DNA of 64,000 nucleotides from Chloropicon primus. Taxonomy: Eukaryota. Both the position numbers and the translations under genes were made by a program. The notes under the pieces were generated by a model. It was given only the letters and a program-made list of their open reading frames with translations, did not search any database and was not told the DNA's origin. Below are positions 42,876 through 57,114 of this stretch, piece by piece. Positions within the stretch are counted from its first letter, which is position 1. Each line of letters starts with the position of its first letter. The stretch lies in NCBI GenBank assembly GCA_023205875.1, contig CP060754.1, positions 1 to 64,000 on the forward strand, given 5' to 3'.

Positions 42876-43922
42876 TCAGGCACACGGCCTCAGGTTCTTG
42901 TTTCCCCAGCCGAAAGGGTTGTCGTCCTTGAACTCGTCCCACTCCCTCGCCTTCTTGATGCACTCCTCGTCTTCGCTGTGATCATCGTCGCTGCAGCACT
43001 TTTGGCCCGATCCCCTGTCCTGCTGGGCATCCCTGGCCCTCGCTTCCTCCCTCTCCCTCATGCGCTGCAACTCCTGCTCCCCAAACTCCTCGACCGTCAT
43101 GGTGTACGGCAAGTGGCTCTGCTTGAACACGCCTTGGGCGAACCTCTCCCTGGCCGCTTGCTGCGAAAGCTGGCCGGGCTGTATTGTGAACATCCCTTTG
43201 ATCCTCCCGTCGTCGCCGTTGACCCTCGGCCTCTCCCTCCCCCGGTTCACCTCCACCTCCCTTCCGCTTCCGCCGGCGGCCAGCTCCTCCTGCCTCCTCT
43301 TCGTGAACTCGAGGATCTCCACCTCCTTCTGGAGGGACGCGTACTGCTGGTAGGCGCTCATGGCGGAGCTGTTGACCTGGAGCAGGGACAGGGCCCTCGT
43401 TGTGTCCTCGTCCTCCGCTTCCGCAACGAGGGAAAGGGTTTCCATCGCTTGCCTCAGCTCCTTCTGCCGACGGTAGAGGGCGATCTTCTCCTCCCTGCCA
43501 AAGGTGATCGCGGCCGCGCCATCCATGCCCTCCACCAAGGACTTGACCTTGTCCTCCAGGAGCCCCTTGTCCTTGCACTGGCGAGCGAAAGCCAGGAAGG
43601 AGGCCAGGCCCTGCCTCAAGCACACGAGTCTCTCGTCCACAGGCCTGTCGGCCTCGACGTTCGTGTACGCCACGCCCAAGTAATACGGAATCAGCAAGTA
43701 CTTGATCGATCCCGTGGTTATATCGTCCTTGTCCTCGTTGTCCGAGAACAACGCCAGCGCTTGGACCATCGCCTCGCACGCTTTCAGTTCCTTGACGAGT
43801 TCCTTCGTCGTCGTTTTCCCTTGTTTCCCTCCCCCTTCCAACCCCTCGCACGCCTCCACGCACAACCCGAACCTCTCCTTCAGCGTCCCCCCCTCCCCCT
43901 CCCCTCCCCCTTCCCCCACCAT
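42876..43922 (-). CDS. TAP46: PP2A regulatory subunit TAP46/Tap42/alpha4
   Basis: LFSDNEDKDDITTGSIKYLLIPYYLG, REEKI, TMTVEEF, AREWDEFKDDNPFGWGN. Confidence 0.92.
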   Translation of the reverse strand: MVGEGGGEGEGGTLKERFGLCVEACEGLEGGGKQGKTTTKELVKELKACEAMVQALALFSDNEDKDDITTGSIKYLLIPYYLGVAYTNVEADRPVDERLVCLRQGLASFLAFARQCKDKGLLEDKVKSLVEGMDGAAAITFGREEKIALYRRQKELRQAMETLSLVAEAEDEDTTRALSLLQVNSSAMSAYQQYASLQKEVEILEFTKRRQEELAAGGSGREVEVNRGRERPRVNGDDGRIKGMFTIQPGQLSQQAARERFAQGVFKQSHLPYTMTVEEFGEQELQRMREREEARARDAQQDRGSGQKCCSDDDHSEDEECIKKAREWDEFKDDNPFGWGNKNLRPCA

Positions 43923-44075
43923 CCTCTCCTCTCTCCTCTCTGCGTTGGGCTGGCGCGCGCTGCTGTCGGCTGTGTGCGTTCTCTCTGGCGCCTAGCGCGG
44001 ACGACGATCGATGATGGGCGAGGAGGCATCCAATGGAGAGAGGAGAGGATGGTGGGGGAAGGGGGAGGGGAGGGG
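43896..44075. repeat. Perfect 41-bp inverted repeat (43896-43936 / 44035-44075) with 98-bp spacer
   Basis: CCCCTCCCCTCCCCCTTCCCCCACCATCCTCTCCTCTCTCC has its exact reverse complement starting at 44035. Confidence 0.9.
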
Positions 44076-44373
44076 AAATACGACAAGATTCGTCGCGAGA
44101 ACTTTTCAGCGGTACCTTGGTTGACCGAATCGACGCTCGGAGTCATCGTGGAGGCTCATTGGAGTGAGGAGGATGGTGGAGGGCAAGGGGTGGGAGTACT
44201 GGGTGAAGGTGGGAGTGGGAGGAGGGGTGGGGGTGGTTGCAGCGGGGTGAAGGTGTGTAATTGTCCTTGAATCGCCTCTCGAACTCTCCAAATCTAACCT
44301 TTTTGTCTTCATAATCATAATAACCAACTTGGCAACGAGAGCTTTTGGATTGCCATTATTTGTTCGTTTGGTC

Positions 44374-45761
44374 TCATGCGCAGATGATCTTGTCATCTCT
44401 CGGTGTACACGTCTCGAGCAAATCCCTGCTACGCAAGAACTCTTCACCTGGTATACCGAACTGCATGCCAGCGATCTCAACTTCGATGCACCCGCGCGAA
44501 ATCCATCCATTCTCGATCTCAACAGGTTCTGTGGTAGTGCCGAAATCGGCTATCTGTAACTGTGGCTTGCTGCCTGGCGGGCAGCGGGCATTAGCTTCCA
44601 AAGTCCCTCCATCGGGATCACAAGTAGGCGTTGATTCAAGACACGTCAAGTCTGCAAACTCAACGTCGTATGTATAACCGTATCGATGTGCCATTGTCCA
44701 TGCTCTGTAGGCCAGATCTGGGTCCACAGTCAGCAGTTGCTGCCAGGTGAATTGAGCACGATGCTCTCGATTGTTCCAAGTCTTAGCCACTTCTTTTGTG
44801 GACTTGGTCTTGTTATATCTATGGTCCAAGCCAGCCATCACGAAGATGTCATGTATCTCAACAGTTTCTATCTGATACGTAGGGAGGTTCAGCTGTGTGT
44901 GTTTTCGATGATGTGCGATCATTCCTAGTCAGAAAAAGTGTGCAAGCAAGACTCTAATTGACAATGTACTTACCTTGTCCAAGAACTCGTGCCATTCGAC
45001 CCAGAACTCCAACCCGAGCAACGCCTTGTTGTTATCCTTGACGTAAGAAGAGTTCAACGAAATGTGCCTCCTGAGGAATGCTATCTGCTCGTGGCGATCG
45101 AGCTCGGGAGGTGCGCAGATACTCGAGAGAGAAGCCAGGGGTTGCCTAAGTTGGTGCAATACCTATACAGCCAAGTGAGTTAGTAGACAAGATGAGCTTG
45201 AAGGTTAAGACTCGGGGCACATACCTGTCTAAACTTGTAACCATCAGCCTTCTCAGGTCCGAACGACTCTTCATCTTCGACTGCAAATATCCAAGATGAT
45301 GTGCCATCAGCAGACGGTCTTGGAACCCAATCGTTTGCAATCTCAAGTCCATACGCAGACAATTCCTTCGCAATGTATTGGGTCGCACTGCGAGGCGTGC
45401 CAGTGACGAGTAATGGCCACTTGGCTTCTTCAGTTTTGCATCGTTTCGAATACATCCGTGACTGTAAAACGAGGTCGCACGAGGGTAGTTCACAAGTCTC
45501 GATTACCCAAGACGACTCGTAAGACGTCTTAGACGAGAACAAGCGCTCTCCCAAACCCCGAGTCACGAGCGGCTTCGACATCACCGAGCGCGTTGGCAAC
45601 GTGGGCCTGAACACTGCGAAACCCACAACCGCCGCGAGTATAACGCCCGCGACCAGAACCAACTTCGTGTCCAGCTTAGCGTTTCCGGAGAGTATCCCTG
45701 TAGCCCTCGAACAGAAGAGAGTCCCTTGCCTCCGCTTGCTCGCGATCATGCTCCTCTTCAA
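44374..45761 (-). CDS. Type II membrane sulfotransferase-like protein, copy 1; introns 45163-45224 and 44893-44973
   Basis: TM LVLVAGVILAAVVGFAVF; 5'-PSB-like LLVTGTPRSAT; spliced 3'-PB-like VLHQLRQPLASLSS; AHRYGY. Both introns are GT-AG and in phase. Confidence 0.7.
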
Positions 45762-46437
45762 GTTTGCAGTGCACTCCTGTCCGCCAAATACTCACCACTG
45801 GGTAGTTTCGTTCGAGCGAGGACTCAAGCGAAAGACGAAGAGATAATCCTTCAACCTGGCGTTCTCTCTCCCGCACCAACGCACGCCCTCCACGCCGCCT
45901 CCCCCTACGTGTCTCTCTCGCGCGCCCTTTCAGATGCTTCCACGTCCTCAAACCTCACGTCTCCCCCACCATCCTCTCTCCTCTCTCCCCTTCCTCTCTC
46001 CTCTCTGCGTTGGGCTGGCGCGCGCTGCTGTCGGCTGTGTGCGTTCTCTCTGGCGCCTAGCGCGGACGACGATCGATGATGGGCGAGGAGGCATCCAATG
46101 GAGAGAGGAGAGGATGGTGGGGGAAGGGGGAGGGGAGGGGAAATACGACAAGATTCGTCGCGAGAACTTTTCAGCGGTACCTTGGTTGACCGAATCGACG
46201 CTCGGAGTCATCGTGGAGGCTCATTGGAGTGAGGAGGATGGTGGAGGGCAAGGGGTGGGAGTACTGGGTGAAGGTGGGAGTGGGAGGAGGGGTGGGGGTG
46301 GTTGCAGCGGGGTGAAGGTGTGTAATTGTCCTTGAATCGCCTCTCGAACTCTCCAAATCTAACCTTTTGTCTTCATAATCATAATAACCAACTTGGCAAC
46401 GAGAGCTTTTGGATTGCCATTATTTGTTCGTTTGGTC

Positions 46438-47825
46438 TCATGCGCAGATGATCTTGTCATCTCTCGGTGTACACGTCTCGAGCAAATCCCTGCTACGCAA
46501 GAACTCTTCACCTGGTATACCGAACTGCATGCCAGCGATCTCAACTTCGATGCACCCGCGCGAAATCCATCCATTCTCGATCTCAACAGGTTCTGTGGTA
46601 GTGCCGAAATCGGCTATCTGTAACTGTGGCTTGCTGCCTGGCGGGCAGCGGGCATTAGCTTCCAAAGTCCCTCCATCGGGATCACAAGTAGGCGTTGATT
46701 CAAGACACGTCAAGTCTGCAAACTCAACGTCGTATGTATAACCGTATCGATGTGCCATTGTCCATGCTCTGTAGGCCAGATCTGGGTCCACAGTCAGCAG
46801 TTGCTGCCAGGTGAATTGAGCACGATGCTCTCGATTGTTCCAAGTCTTAGCCACTTCTTTTGTGGACTTGGTCTTGTTATATCTATGGTCCAAGCCAGCC
46901 ATCACGAAGATGTCATGTATCTCAACAGTTTCTATCTGATACGTAGGGAGGTTCAGCTGTGTGTGTTTTCGATGATGTGCGATCATTCCTAGTCAGAAAA
47001 AGTGTGCAAGCAAGACTCTAATTGACAATGTACTTACCTTGTCCAAGAACTCGTGCCATTCGACCCAGAACTCCAACCCGAGCAACGCCTTGTTGTTATC
47101 CTTGACGTAAGAAGAGTTCAACGAAATGTGCCTCCTGAGGAATGCTATCTGCTCGTGGCGATCGAGCTCGGGAGGTGCGCAGATACTCGAGAGAGAAGCC
47201 AGGGGTTGCCTAAGTTGGTGCAATACCTATACAGCCAAGTGAGTTAGTAGACAAGATGAGCTTGAAGGTTAAGACTCGGGGCACATACCTGTCTAAACTT
47301 GTAACCATCAGCCTTCTCAGGTCCGAACGACTCTTCATCTTCGACTGCAAATATCCAAGATGATGTGCCATCAGCAGACGGTCTTGGAACCCAATCGTTT
47401 GCAATCTCAAGTCCATACGCAGACAATTCCTTCGCAATGTATTGGGTCGCACTGCGAGGCGTGCCAGTGACGAGTAATGGCCACTTGGCTTCTTCAGTTT
47501 TGCATCGTTTCGAATACATCCGTGACTGTAAAACGAGGTCGCACGAGGGTAGTTCACAAGTCTCGATTACCCAAGACGACTCGTAAGACGTCTTAGACGA
47601 GAACAAGCGCTCTCCCAAACCCCGAGTCACGAGCGGCTTCGACATCACCGAGCGCGTTGGCAACGTGGGCCTGAACACTGCGAAACCCACAACCGCCGCG
47701 AGTATAACGCCCGCGACCAGAACCAACTTCGTGTCCAGCTTAGCGTTTCCGGAGAGTATCCCTGTAGCCCTCGAACAGAAGAGAGTCCCTTGCCTCCGCT
47801 TGCTCGCGATCATGCTCCTCTTCAA
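46438..47825 (-). CDS. Sulfotransferase-like protein, copy 2
   Basis: ORF translations identical to copy 1. Confidence 0.7.
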
Positions 47826-48307
47826 GTTTGCAGTGCACTCCTGTCCGCCAAATACTCACCACTGGGTAGTTTCGTTCGAGCGAGGACTCAAGCGAAAGAC
47901 GAAGAGATAATCCTTCAACCTGGCGTTCTCTCTCCCGCACCAACGCACGCCCTCCACGCCGCCTCCCCCTACGTGTCTCTCTCGCGCGCCCTTTCAGATG
48001 CTTCCACGTCCTCAAACCTCACGCGTTCTCTCTGGCGCCTAGCGCGGACGACGATCGATGATGGGCGAGGAGGCATCCAATGGAGAGAGGAGAGGATGGT
48101 AAGATTCGTCGCGAGAACTTTTCAGCGGTACCTTGGTTGACCGAATCGACGCTCGGAGTCATCGTGGAGGCTCATTGGAGTGAGGAGGATGGTGGAGGGC
48201 CTGCAGCGCCTCTCGAACTCTCCAAATCTAACCTTTTTGTCTTCATAATCACAATAACCAACTTGGCAACGAGAGCTTTTGGATTGCCATTATTTGTTCG
48301 TTTGGTC

Positions 48308-49615
48308 TCATGCGCAGATGATCTTGTCATCTCTCGGTGTACACGTCTCGAGCAAATCCCTGCTACGCAAGAACTCTTCACCTGGTATACCGAACTGCAT
48401 GCCAGCGATCTCAACTTCGATGCACCCGCGCGAAATCCATCCATTCTCGATCTCAACAGGTTCTGTGGTAGTGCCGAAATCGGCTATCTGTAACTGTGGC
48501 TTGCTGCCTGGCGGGCAGCGGGCATTAAGTCCCTCCATCGGGATCACAAGTAGGCGTTGATTCAAGACACGTCAAGTCTGCAAACTCAACGTCGTATGTA
48601 TAACCGTATCGATGTGCCATTGTCCATGCTCTGTAGGCCAGATCTGGGTCCACAGTCAGCAGTTGCTGCCAGGTGAATTGAGCACGATGCTCTCGATTGT
48701 TCCAAGTCTTAGCCACTTCTTTTGTGGACTTGGTCTTGTTATATCTATGGTCCAAGCCAGCCATCACGAAGATGTCATGTATCTCAACAGTTTCTATCTG
48801 ATACGTAGGGAGGTTCAGCTGTGTGTGTTTTCGATGATGTGCGATCATTCCTAGTCAGAAAAAGTGTGCAAGCAAGACTCTAATTGACAATGTACTTACC
48901 TTGTCCAAGAACTCGTGCCATTCGACCCAGAACCAACCCGAGCAACGCCTTGTTGTTATCCTTGACGTAAGAAGAGTTCAACGAAATGTGCCTCCTGAGG
49001 AATGCTATCTGCTCGTGGCGATCGAGCTCGGGAGGTGCGCAGGTTGCCTAAGTTGGTGCAATACCTATACAGCCAAGTGAGGTAGACAAGATGGCTTGAA
49101 GGTTAAGACTCGGGGCACATACCTGTCTAAACTTGTAACCATCAGCCTTCTCAGGTCGGAACGACTCTTCATCTTCGACTGCAAATATCCAAGATGATGT
49201 GCCATCAGCAGACGGTCTTGGAACCCAATCGTTTGCAATCTCAAGTCCATACGCAGACAATTCCTTCGCAGTGTATTGGGTCGCACTGCGAGGCGTGCCA
49301 GTGACGAGTAATGGCCACTTGGCTTCTTCAGTTTTGCATCGTTTCGAATACATCCGTGACTGTAAAACGAGGTCGCACGAGGGTAGTTCACAAGTCTCGA
49401 TTACCCAAGACGACTCGTAAGACGTCTTAGACGAGAACAAGCGCTCTCCCAAACCCCGAGTCACGAGCGGCTTCGACATCACCGAGCGCGTTGGCAAGAA
49501 CACTGCGACCAAGCGAGAAGAAGAACCAAGAAGCGTTTCCGGAGAGTATCCCTGTAGCCCTCGAACAGAAGAGAGTCCCTTGCCTCCGCTTGCTCGCGAT
49601 CATGCTCCTCTTCAA
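48308..49615 (-). pseudogene. Sulfotransferase-like gene, copy 3, frameshifted
   Basis: Deletions relative to copies 1 and 2 (about 8 nt near 48526, 2 nt near 48933, 22 nt near 49042) and a scrambled TM-coding segment near 49500-49535. Confidence 0.65.
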
Positions 49616-49861
49616 GTTTGCAGTGCACTCCTGTCCGCCAAATACTCACCACTGGGTAGTTTCGTTCGAGCGAGGACTCAAGCGAAAGACGAAGAGATAA
49701 TCCTTCAACCTGGCGTTCTCTCTCCCGCACCAACGCACGCCCTCCACGCCGCCTCCCCCTACGTGTCTCTCTCGCGCGCCCTTTCAGATGCTTCCACGTC
49801 CTCAAACCTCACGCTGTCGGCTGTGTGCGTTCTCTCTGGCGCCTAGCGCGGACGACGATCG

Positions 49862-52258
49862 ATGATGGGCGAGGAGGCATCCAATGGAGAGAGGAGAGGA
49901 TGGTGGAGGAAATACGACAAGATTCGTCGCGAGAACTTTTCAGCGGTACCTTGGTTGACCGAATCGACGCTCGGAGTCATCGTGGAGGCTCAAGGAGGAT
50001 GGGTGGGAGTACGAGTTGCAGCGGGGTGGGCATGGACGAGGTGGATGGAGACCAAGGCGCGCAAGACGCACCAACAGAAAGGGAAGAAAGGAAGGACCAA
50101 GGAGAAGAAGAAGAAAAATCATCCGAAACGGATTGTTGCCCAAAAGGAGGCGACAACAATCAAGATTCCTCCCTCGTTCGACGTGGGTTGCGGGCTCACC
50201 ATAAAGGGATTGATCGAGTCCGCCGATGAGGCCACGGTGACCTCGAGGCTCTTCCCTCAACGGGCTGCAGGAGGGACGGCGAAGAGTGGAGCACATCGAT
50301 ATCGGCATCGATGGGTGGACAGCGTTCCAGGACTCTCAAGCTTGAGAGCGGCGTTAGAGGGGGAGAGGGAGATCTCATTGGACATGGAGCACCACCACTA
50401 CTACAGTTTCCTTGGCGTCACGTGCTTGCTGCAGATCTACGTGCCAGGCAAGCAAATCGCCTACTTGGTTGACGCAATCTCACTCAAGAGCGAGGAGGTG
50501 AAGGAGTACTTAGGGCCCGTCCTGGAGAATGCAGAGGTCCTGAAAGTTATTCACGGCGCCGGAAACGACGTTTTGTGGCTTCAGAGGGACTTCAAGGTGC
50601 ACCTGGTGAACATCTTTGACACCGAACAGGTGGCAAAGATCCTGCAGAAGGAGAAGAGCTCGTTGGGCTCGTTGCTCGTTATCTACTTTGGTGTCACCAA
50701 AGAAACGAAGTACCAGATGGCGGATTGGAGACAAAGGCCCCTGGATCCCGGCATGGTTGAATACGCGCTGATGGACATTTATTTCCTTCCCTCCCTGAAA
50801 CTCATCTTGGCAAGGGAGTTGATAGAGACGAGCCTCCGCGTGGCTTGCAAGCCAAGCAAGTATGTGCTCGCGTACACAAGTTCTCAGAAGGTCGCGCTCA
50901 GAACTTACAAGCACAAGAGGAGAAAGCCCGAGAAGCTGGCCATGTCAATCCTCAGGAAGGGAAAGAAGAGGAATTGGATCGACGAAGGGGTGTCGGTTGA
51001 TCTCAGGCTTTGGAAGCGTTTGGCCAAGTGGAGAAACGACGTTGCCGAGGCCATCGATGTCTCCTTGCACGCGCTGATGCCAGACTACGTCTTATGCCAG
51101 GTTGCTTTGCGGGCGAGCTCGTCCCTGACGGAGAAGAGTCTCTTGGAGTTCCTCTTCCCGTACATGGACAAAATCATCTTCAAAGAAAAGATCCAGCCAC
51201 ATCTCGCGAGCCTTCTCCGAGCTTTGCTGTGCGACAACACCGTTGTGAGCGAACAAGGTAGAGGAGACAAAGCACATGGAAAGAAAACCAGGGAAATGAA
51301 GAGGCAGCAGTACGTCGAGCGCTTTCGGCGAAAGACTCCGGCGTACGACAGCTGCAAAATCTTGAGCAAGACTGGAAAGCCTTTGAGCTACTGCGACAGA
51401 AAGAAATTGCAGTGGTACTTGAAGGAGAAGCTTGCCACCCTGGTGGAAAGCGACGGGGAAGGCTATCCTTCGATTATTCGACTGAACTTTCAGCACAACT
51501 CGACGGATCAGCAAAAGAGATCACCAGGCGTTTATCCCAAGCGCAAAGGAAACTATTGTGTGGGTTGCGGAGAACCGAAGAATTACTTGCGCTGGCACGT
51601 CATACCGACTATCTATCGGCATAACTTTCCGATTGGCCTGAAGTCACATCGTTCGGACGACATTGTTGTCCTTTGTGTTCATTGCCACGAAGTGGCATCG
51701 GCGGCTGCCGATAGATTGAAGAGCGAGATTGCAAAGGAGCTCAGTATCCCTCTGCTCGCCGTTGACAGCAGTAACGGTCCGACCTGGAAAGTCTGGACGA
51801 GAGCGCACAAAGCGGCCATGGTTCTGGGAGTTCAGGGGGATAGAATTCCAACGAAAAGGGAAGCAGAACTGAAGCAAGATGTTGGCAACGCTTTCGAGGG
51901 AATTTCTGCGGCCGAGGTAAACATGGCCCACGTTGTGGCGATTCTGTCTAGCTCAAAGAGTAGCAAGGCAAAGCAAGTGGTAGATCGACTGTTGGAGTCA
52001 GTAAAGAACGGAGGTGGAGAGGCAAATGGGGCAGGTCCAAAGAGCTCTCAAAAGATGAGCGTGCGCCGACCGGATGCGGCAACGCCTGGCAAAAAACGTT
52101 CTGGCCAGTACGTCCACGGCGCGAAGGTGGTGGGCCACTTGGTCGAGCACGGCGGTGAGCAGGCGCTGCTAGATCTCATCGTGAGGTTCAAGAAGCGTTT
52201 CGTGGAGTCTTTGTCCCCAAAACATCTTCCTGAAGGGTGGTCGCTGTCGACCACGTGA
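49862..52258 (+). CDS. RRP6L3: RRP6-like 3 exoribonuclease (DEDD exonuclease + HRDC + Cys/His-rich C-terminal region)
   Basis: SLDMEHHHYYSFLGVTCLLQI, HGAGNDVLWLQRDF, NIFDT, ADWRQRPL..YALMD; HRDC WRNDVA; CVGCGE...LKSHRSDDIVVLCVHCHE. Start uncertain because it lies in the repeat. Confidence 0.85.
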   Translation: MMGEEASNGERRGWWRKYDKIRRENFSAVPWLTESTLGVIVEAQGGWVGVRVAAGWAWTRWMETKARKTHQQKGKKGRTKEKKKKNHPKRIVAQKEATTIKIPPSFDVGCGLTIKGLIESADEATVTSRLFPQRAAGGTAKSGAHRYRHRWVDSVPGLSSLRAALEGEREISLDMEHHHYYSFLGVTCLLQIYVPGKQIAYLVDAISLKSEEVKEYLGPVLENAEVLKVIHGAGNDVLWLQRDFKVHLVNIFDTEQVAKILQKEKSSLGSLLVIYFGVTKETKYQMADWRQRPLDPGMVEYALMDIYFLPSLKLILARELIETSLRVACKPSKYVLAYTSSQKVALRTYKHKRRKPEKLAMSILRKGKKRNWIDEGVSVDLRLWKRLAKWRNDVAEAIDVSLHALMPDYVLCQVALRASSSLTEKSLLEFLFPYMDKIIFKEKIQPHLASLLRALLCDNTVVSEQGRGDKAHGKKTREMKRQQYVERFRRKTPAYDSCKILSKTGKPLSYCDRKKLQWYLKEKLATLVESDGEGYPSIIRLNFQHNSTDQQKRSPGVYPKRKGNYCVGCGEPKNYLRWHVIPTIYRHNFPIGLKSHRSDDIVVLCVHCHEVASAAADRLKSEIAKELSIPLLAVDSSNGPTWKVWTRAHKAAMVLGVQGDRIPTKREAELKQDVGNAFEGISAAEVNMAHVVAILSSSKSSKAKQVVDRLLESVKNGGGEANGAGPKSSQKMSVRRPDAATPGKKRSGQYVHGAKVVGHLVEHGGEQALLDLIVRFKKRFVESLSPKHLPEGWSLSTT

Positions 52259-52339
52259 CTTGAGAAGAAGAGCAGGCACGCTGTGCAAGTACGAATTAAG
52301 AATATCGTTCAAGATAAATAAAGAGACGTCGCGCTCGGC

Positions 52340-53236
52340 TTAGACCTTGTAGAAGTTTTTGAGGAACTTGACGGCCTCCTCGTTGGTGTCGCAAACCTTC
52401 AGCCCAGAGAGCTCGGTCTTCTTGAGGGCTCCGACCTTCTCACTGCTGTCCATCCACTTCATGATTCCGTCCCAGTACCCCTTGTCAGACCCCTTGACCT
52501 TGTAATTCATAAGGATGACAGGCACCTCGTAGTTCGTGCCCAGCTTGTTGAGCTGCTGCAGCACGAGAATCTCAATGGTCTCGTCCAGAGTTCCGATGCC
52601 ACCGGGCAAAGCAATGAAAGCAGTCTTGTCGTCCTCCATGACCCTCATGCCGGCATCCGTGAGGCCGATCTTTCTGGACGCCATGAACTGGCAAAAGACC
52701 GTGCAGGCGTGAAGGGGGTTGTCTCCCGGAGGGGCCTTGCCGGGGCAGTCGGAGGCCTCGCGAGAAATTCTGACGGCGCCAACGGGGTAGCCCGCCTCAC
52801 GGCAGCCGTGGGTGACGGCACCCATCATGCCCTTACCTCCTCCGCTCCAAGCGGGCACCTTGAGCAGCTCCGCGACGCTCTTGGCGAGGGCCTTGCCCTT
52901 CTCGTACAGCTCGGAGCCAGGCTCAAACCTCGCGCTGCCGAAGTACACGATGCCCCTTCCGACCTCGTTGATGCCCTCGAAGCAGCCGCGGATCTCCTGG
53001 GCGAGGGCCCTTCCGCTTCCGAGCATGAGGTCGTCCGCGTTCCTCCTGTGGGGCCTCTTTCCCCCCTCGTAGTAGGACTGCAGAGCCATGTCCTGCGCCG
53101 CCCTGTCCATGGCCGTCTCCTCTACATCCACAAAAGTCTTTCGCAGCCTTCGCTCCGCGGCGAGGGTCAGGAACCCGATGCAGGCCGCGCTCGCCGCGGT
53201 CACCACCGCTGTCGTCAAGAACCCAGAGCTGTCCAT
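52340..53236 (-). CDS. LOG-family nucleotide phosphoribohydrolase with N-terminal hydrophobic segment
   Basis: YFGSAR, SGGGKGMMGAV, RK, ALPGGIGTLDE. Confidence 0.85.
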   Translation of the reverse strand: MDSSGFLTTAVVTAASAACIGFLTLAAERRLRKTFVDVEETAMDRAAQDMALQSYYEGGKRPHRRNADDLMLGSGRALAQEIRGCFEGINEVGRGIVYFGSARFEPGSELYEKGKALAKSVAELLKVPAWSGGGKGMMGAVTHGCREAGYPVGAVRISREASDCPGKAPPGDNPLHACTVFCQFMASRKIGLTDAGMRVMEDDKTAFIALPGGIGTLDETIEILVLQQLNKLGTNYEVPVILMNYKVKGSDKGYWDGIMKWMDSSEKVGALKKTELSGLKVCDTNEEAVKFLKNFYKV

Positions 53237-53576
53237 CCTCTCTCTTGCTCGTGCTCCACAACTTGGTTCGTTCGCGCTTCCGCTCGTTTTTTTTGCTGAG
53301 CTGGAGAAACGTGATCGGGAAGCGCTCCCCGATTTTCCCGACTGCGGACTGCGGACTGCGGACAATGGCAAGACAATGGCCAAGGCAGATGACAAGGCGA
53401 AGGCGCGATGGGGCGTGATGGGGCGTGATGGGATGGGGATTCTTCTTCTTCTTTTGTTGCGTTAGTGTTAGTGTGTCTGGATTAATTTACTTTGCAAAGA
53501 ATTGATTCACCTCTCTCCTTATAACTATATACACGAGCAGTGCAACTGCAATGGCTTCAACTTCAACCTTCAACCT

Positions 53577-56999
<3,423 letters not shown>

Positions 57000-57114
57000 T
57001 TGTCTTCTTCGAAGCCAAGGGGGAATCGAGCCAAGGCAGTCGCCGTCTTCGTTCTAGGAAAAAAGGGCAAAAGTTCAAAAACTCGTCGTTTAACACGCAT
57101 CCTTGTTGTTTTGT

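Larger units (their letters stand above)
43913..49990. repeat. Tandem array of a ~2064-bp unit: two near-identical copies, one deleted copy and a partial fourth
   Basis: Identical ORFs offset by 2064 nt (44374/46438, 45761/47825). The third unit, ~48023-49812, has many small deletions. The promoter-side segment recurs at ~49813-49990. Confidence 0.95.

Noticed and set aside
44085..44160. Possible tRNA or snoRNA in the conserved P-segment core (GATTCG...CGAATC stem)
   Set aside because: No cloverleaf, T-loop or convincing C/D or H/ACA boxes; identity between copies is explained by recent duplication.
43913..49990. Array as an LTR retrotransposon or other autonomous transposon
   Set aside because: No gag, RT, integrase or transposase motifs; the internal gene has introns and is sulfotransferase-like.
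51555..51695. CxxC...CxxCH HNH-like motif as a mobile homing endonuclease
   Set aside because: It is the conserved C-terminal region of plant and algal RRP6L3, in frame with the exonuclease.
52340..53236. LOG + histidine kinase + Hpt + receiver as a cytokinin signalling cluster
   Set aside because: The kinase has no CHASE or TM domain, LOG-family proteins are widespread nucleotide hydrolases, and the gene is over 30 kb from the relay genes.
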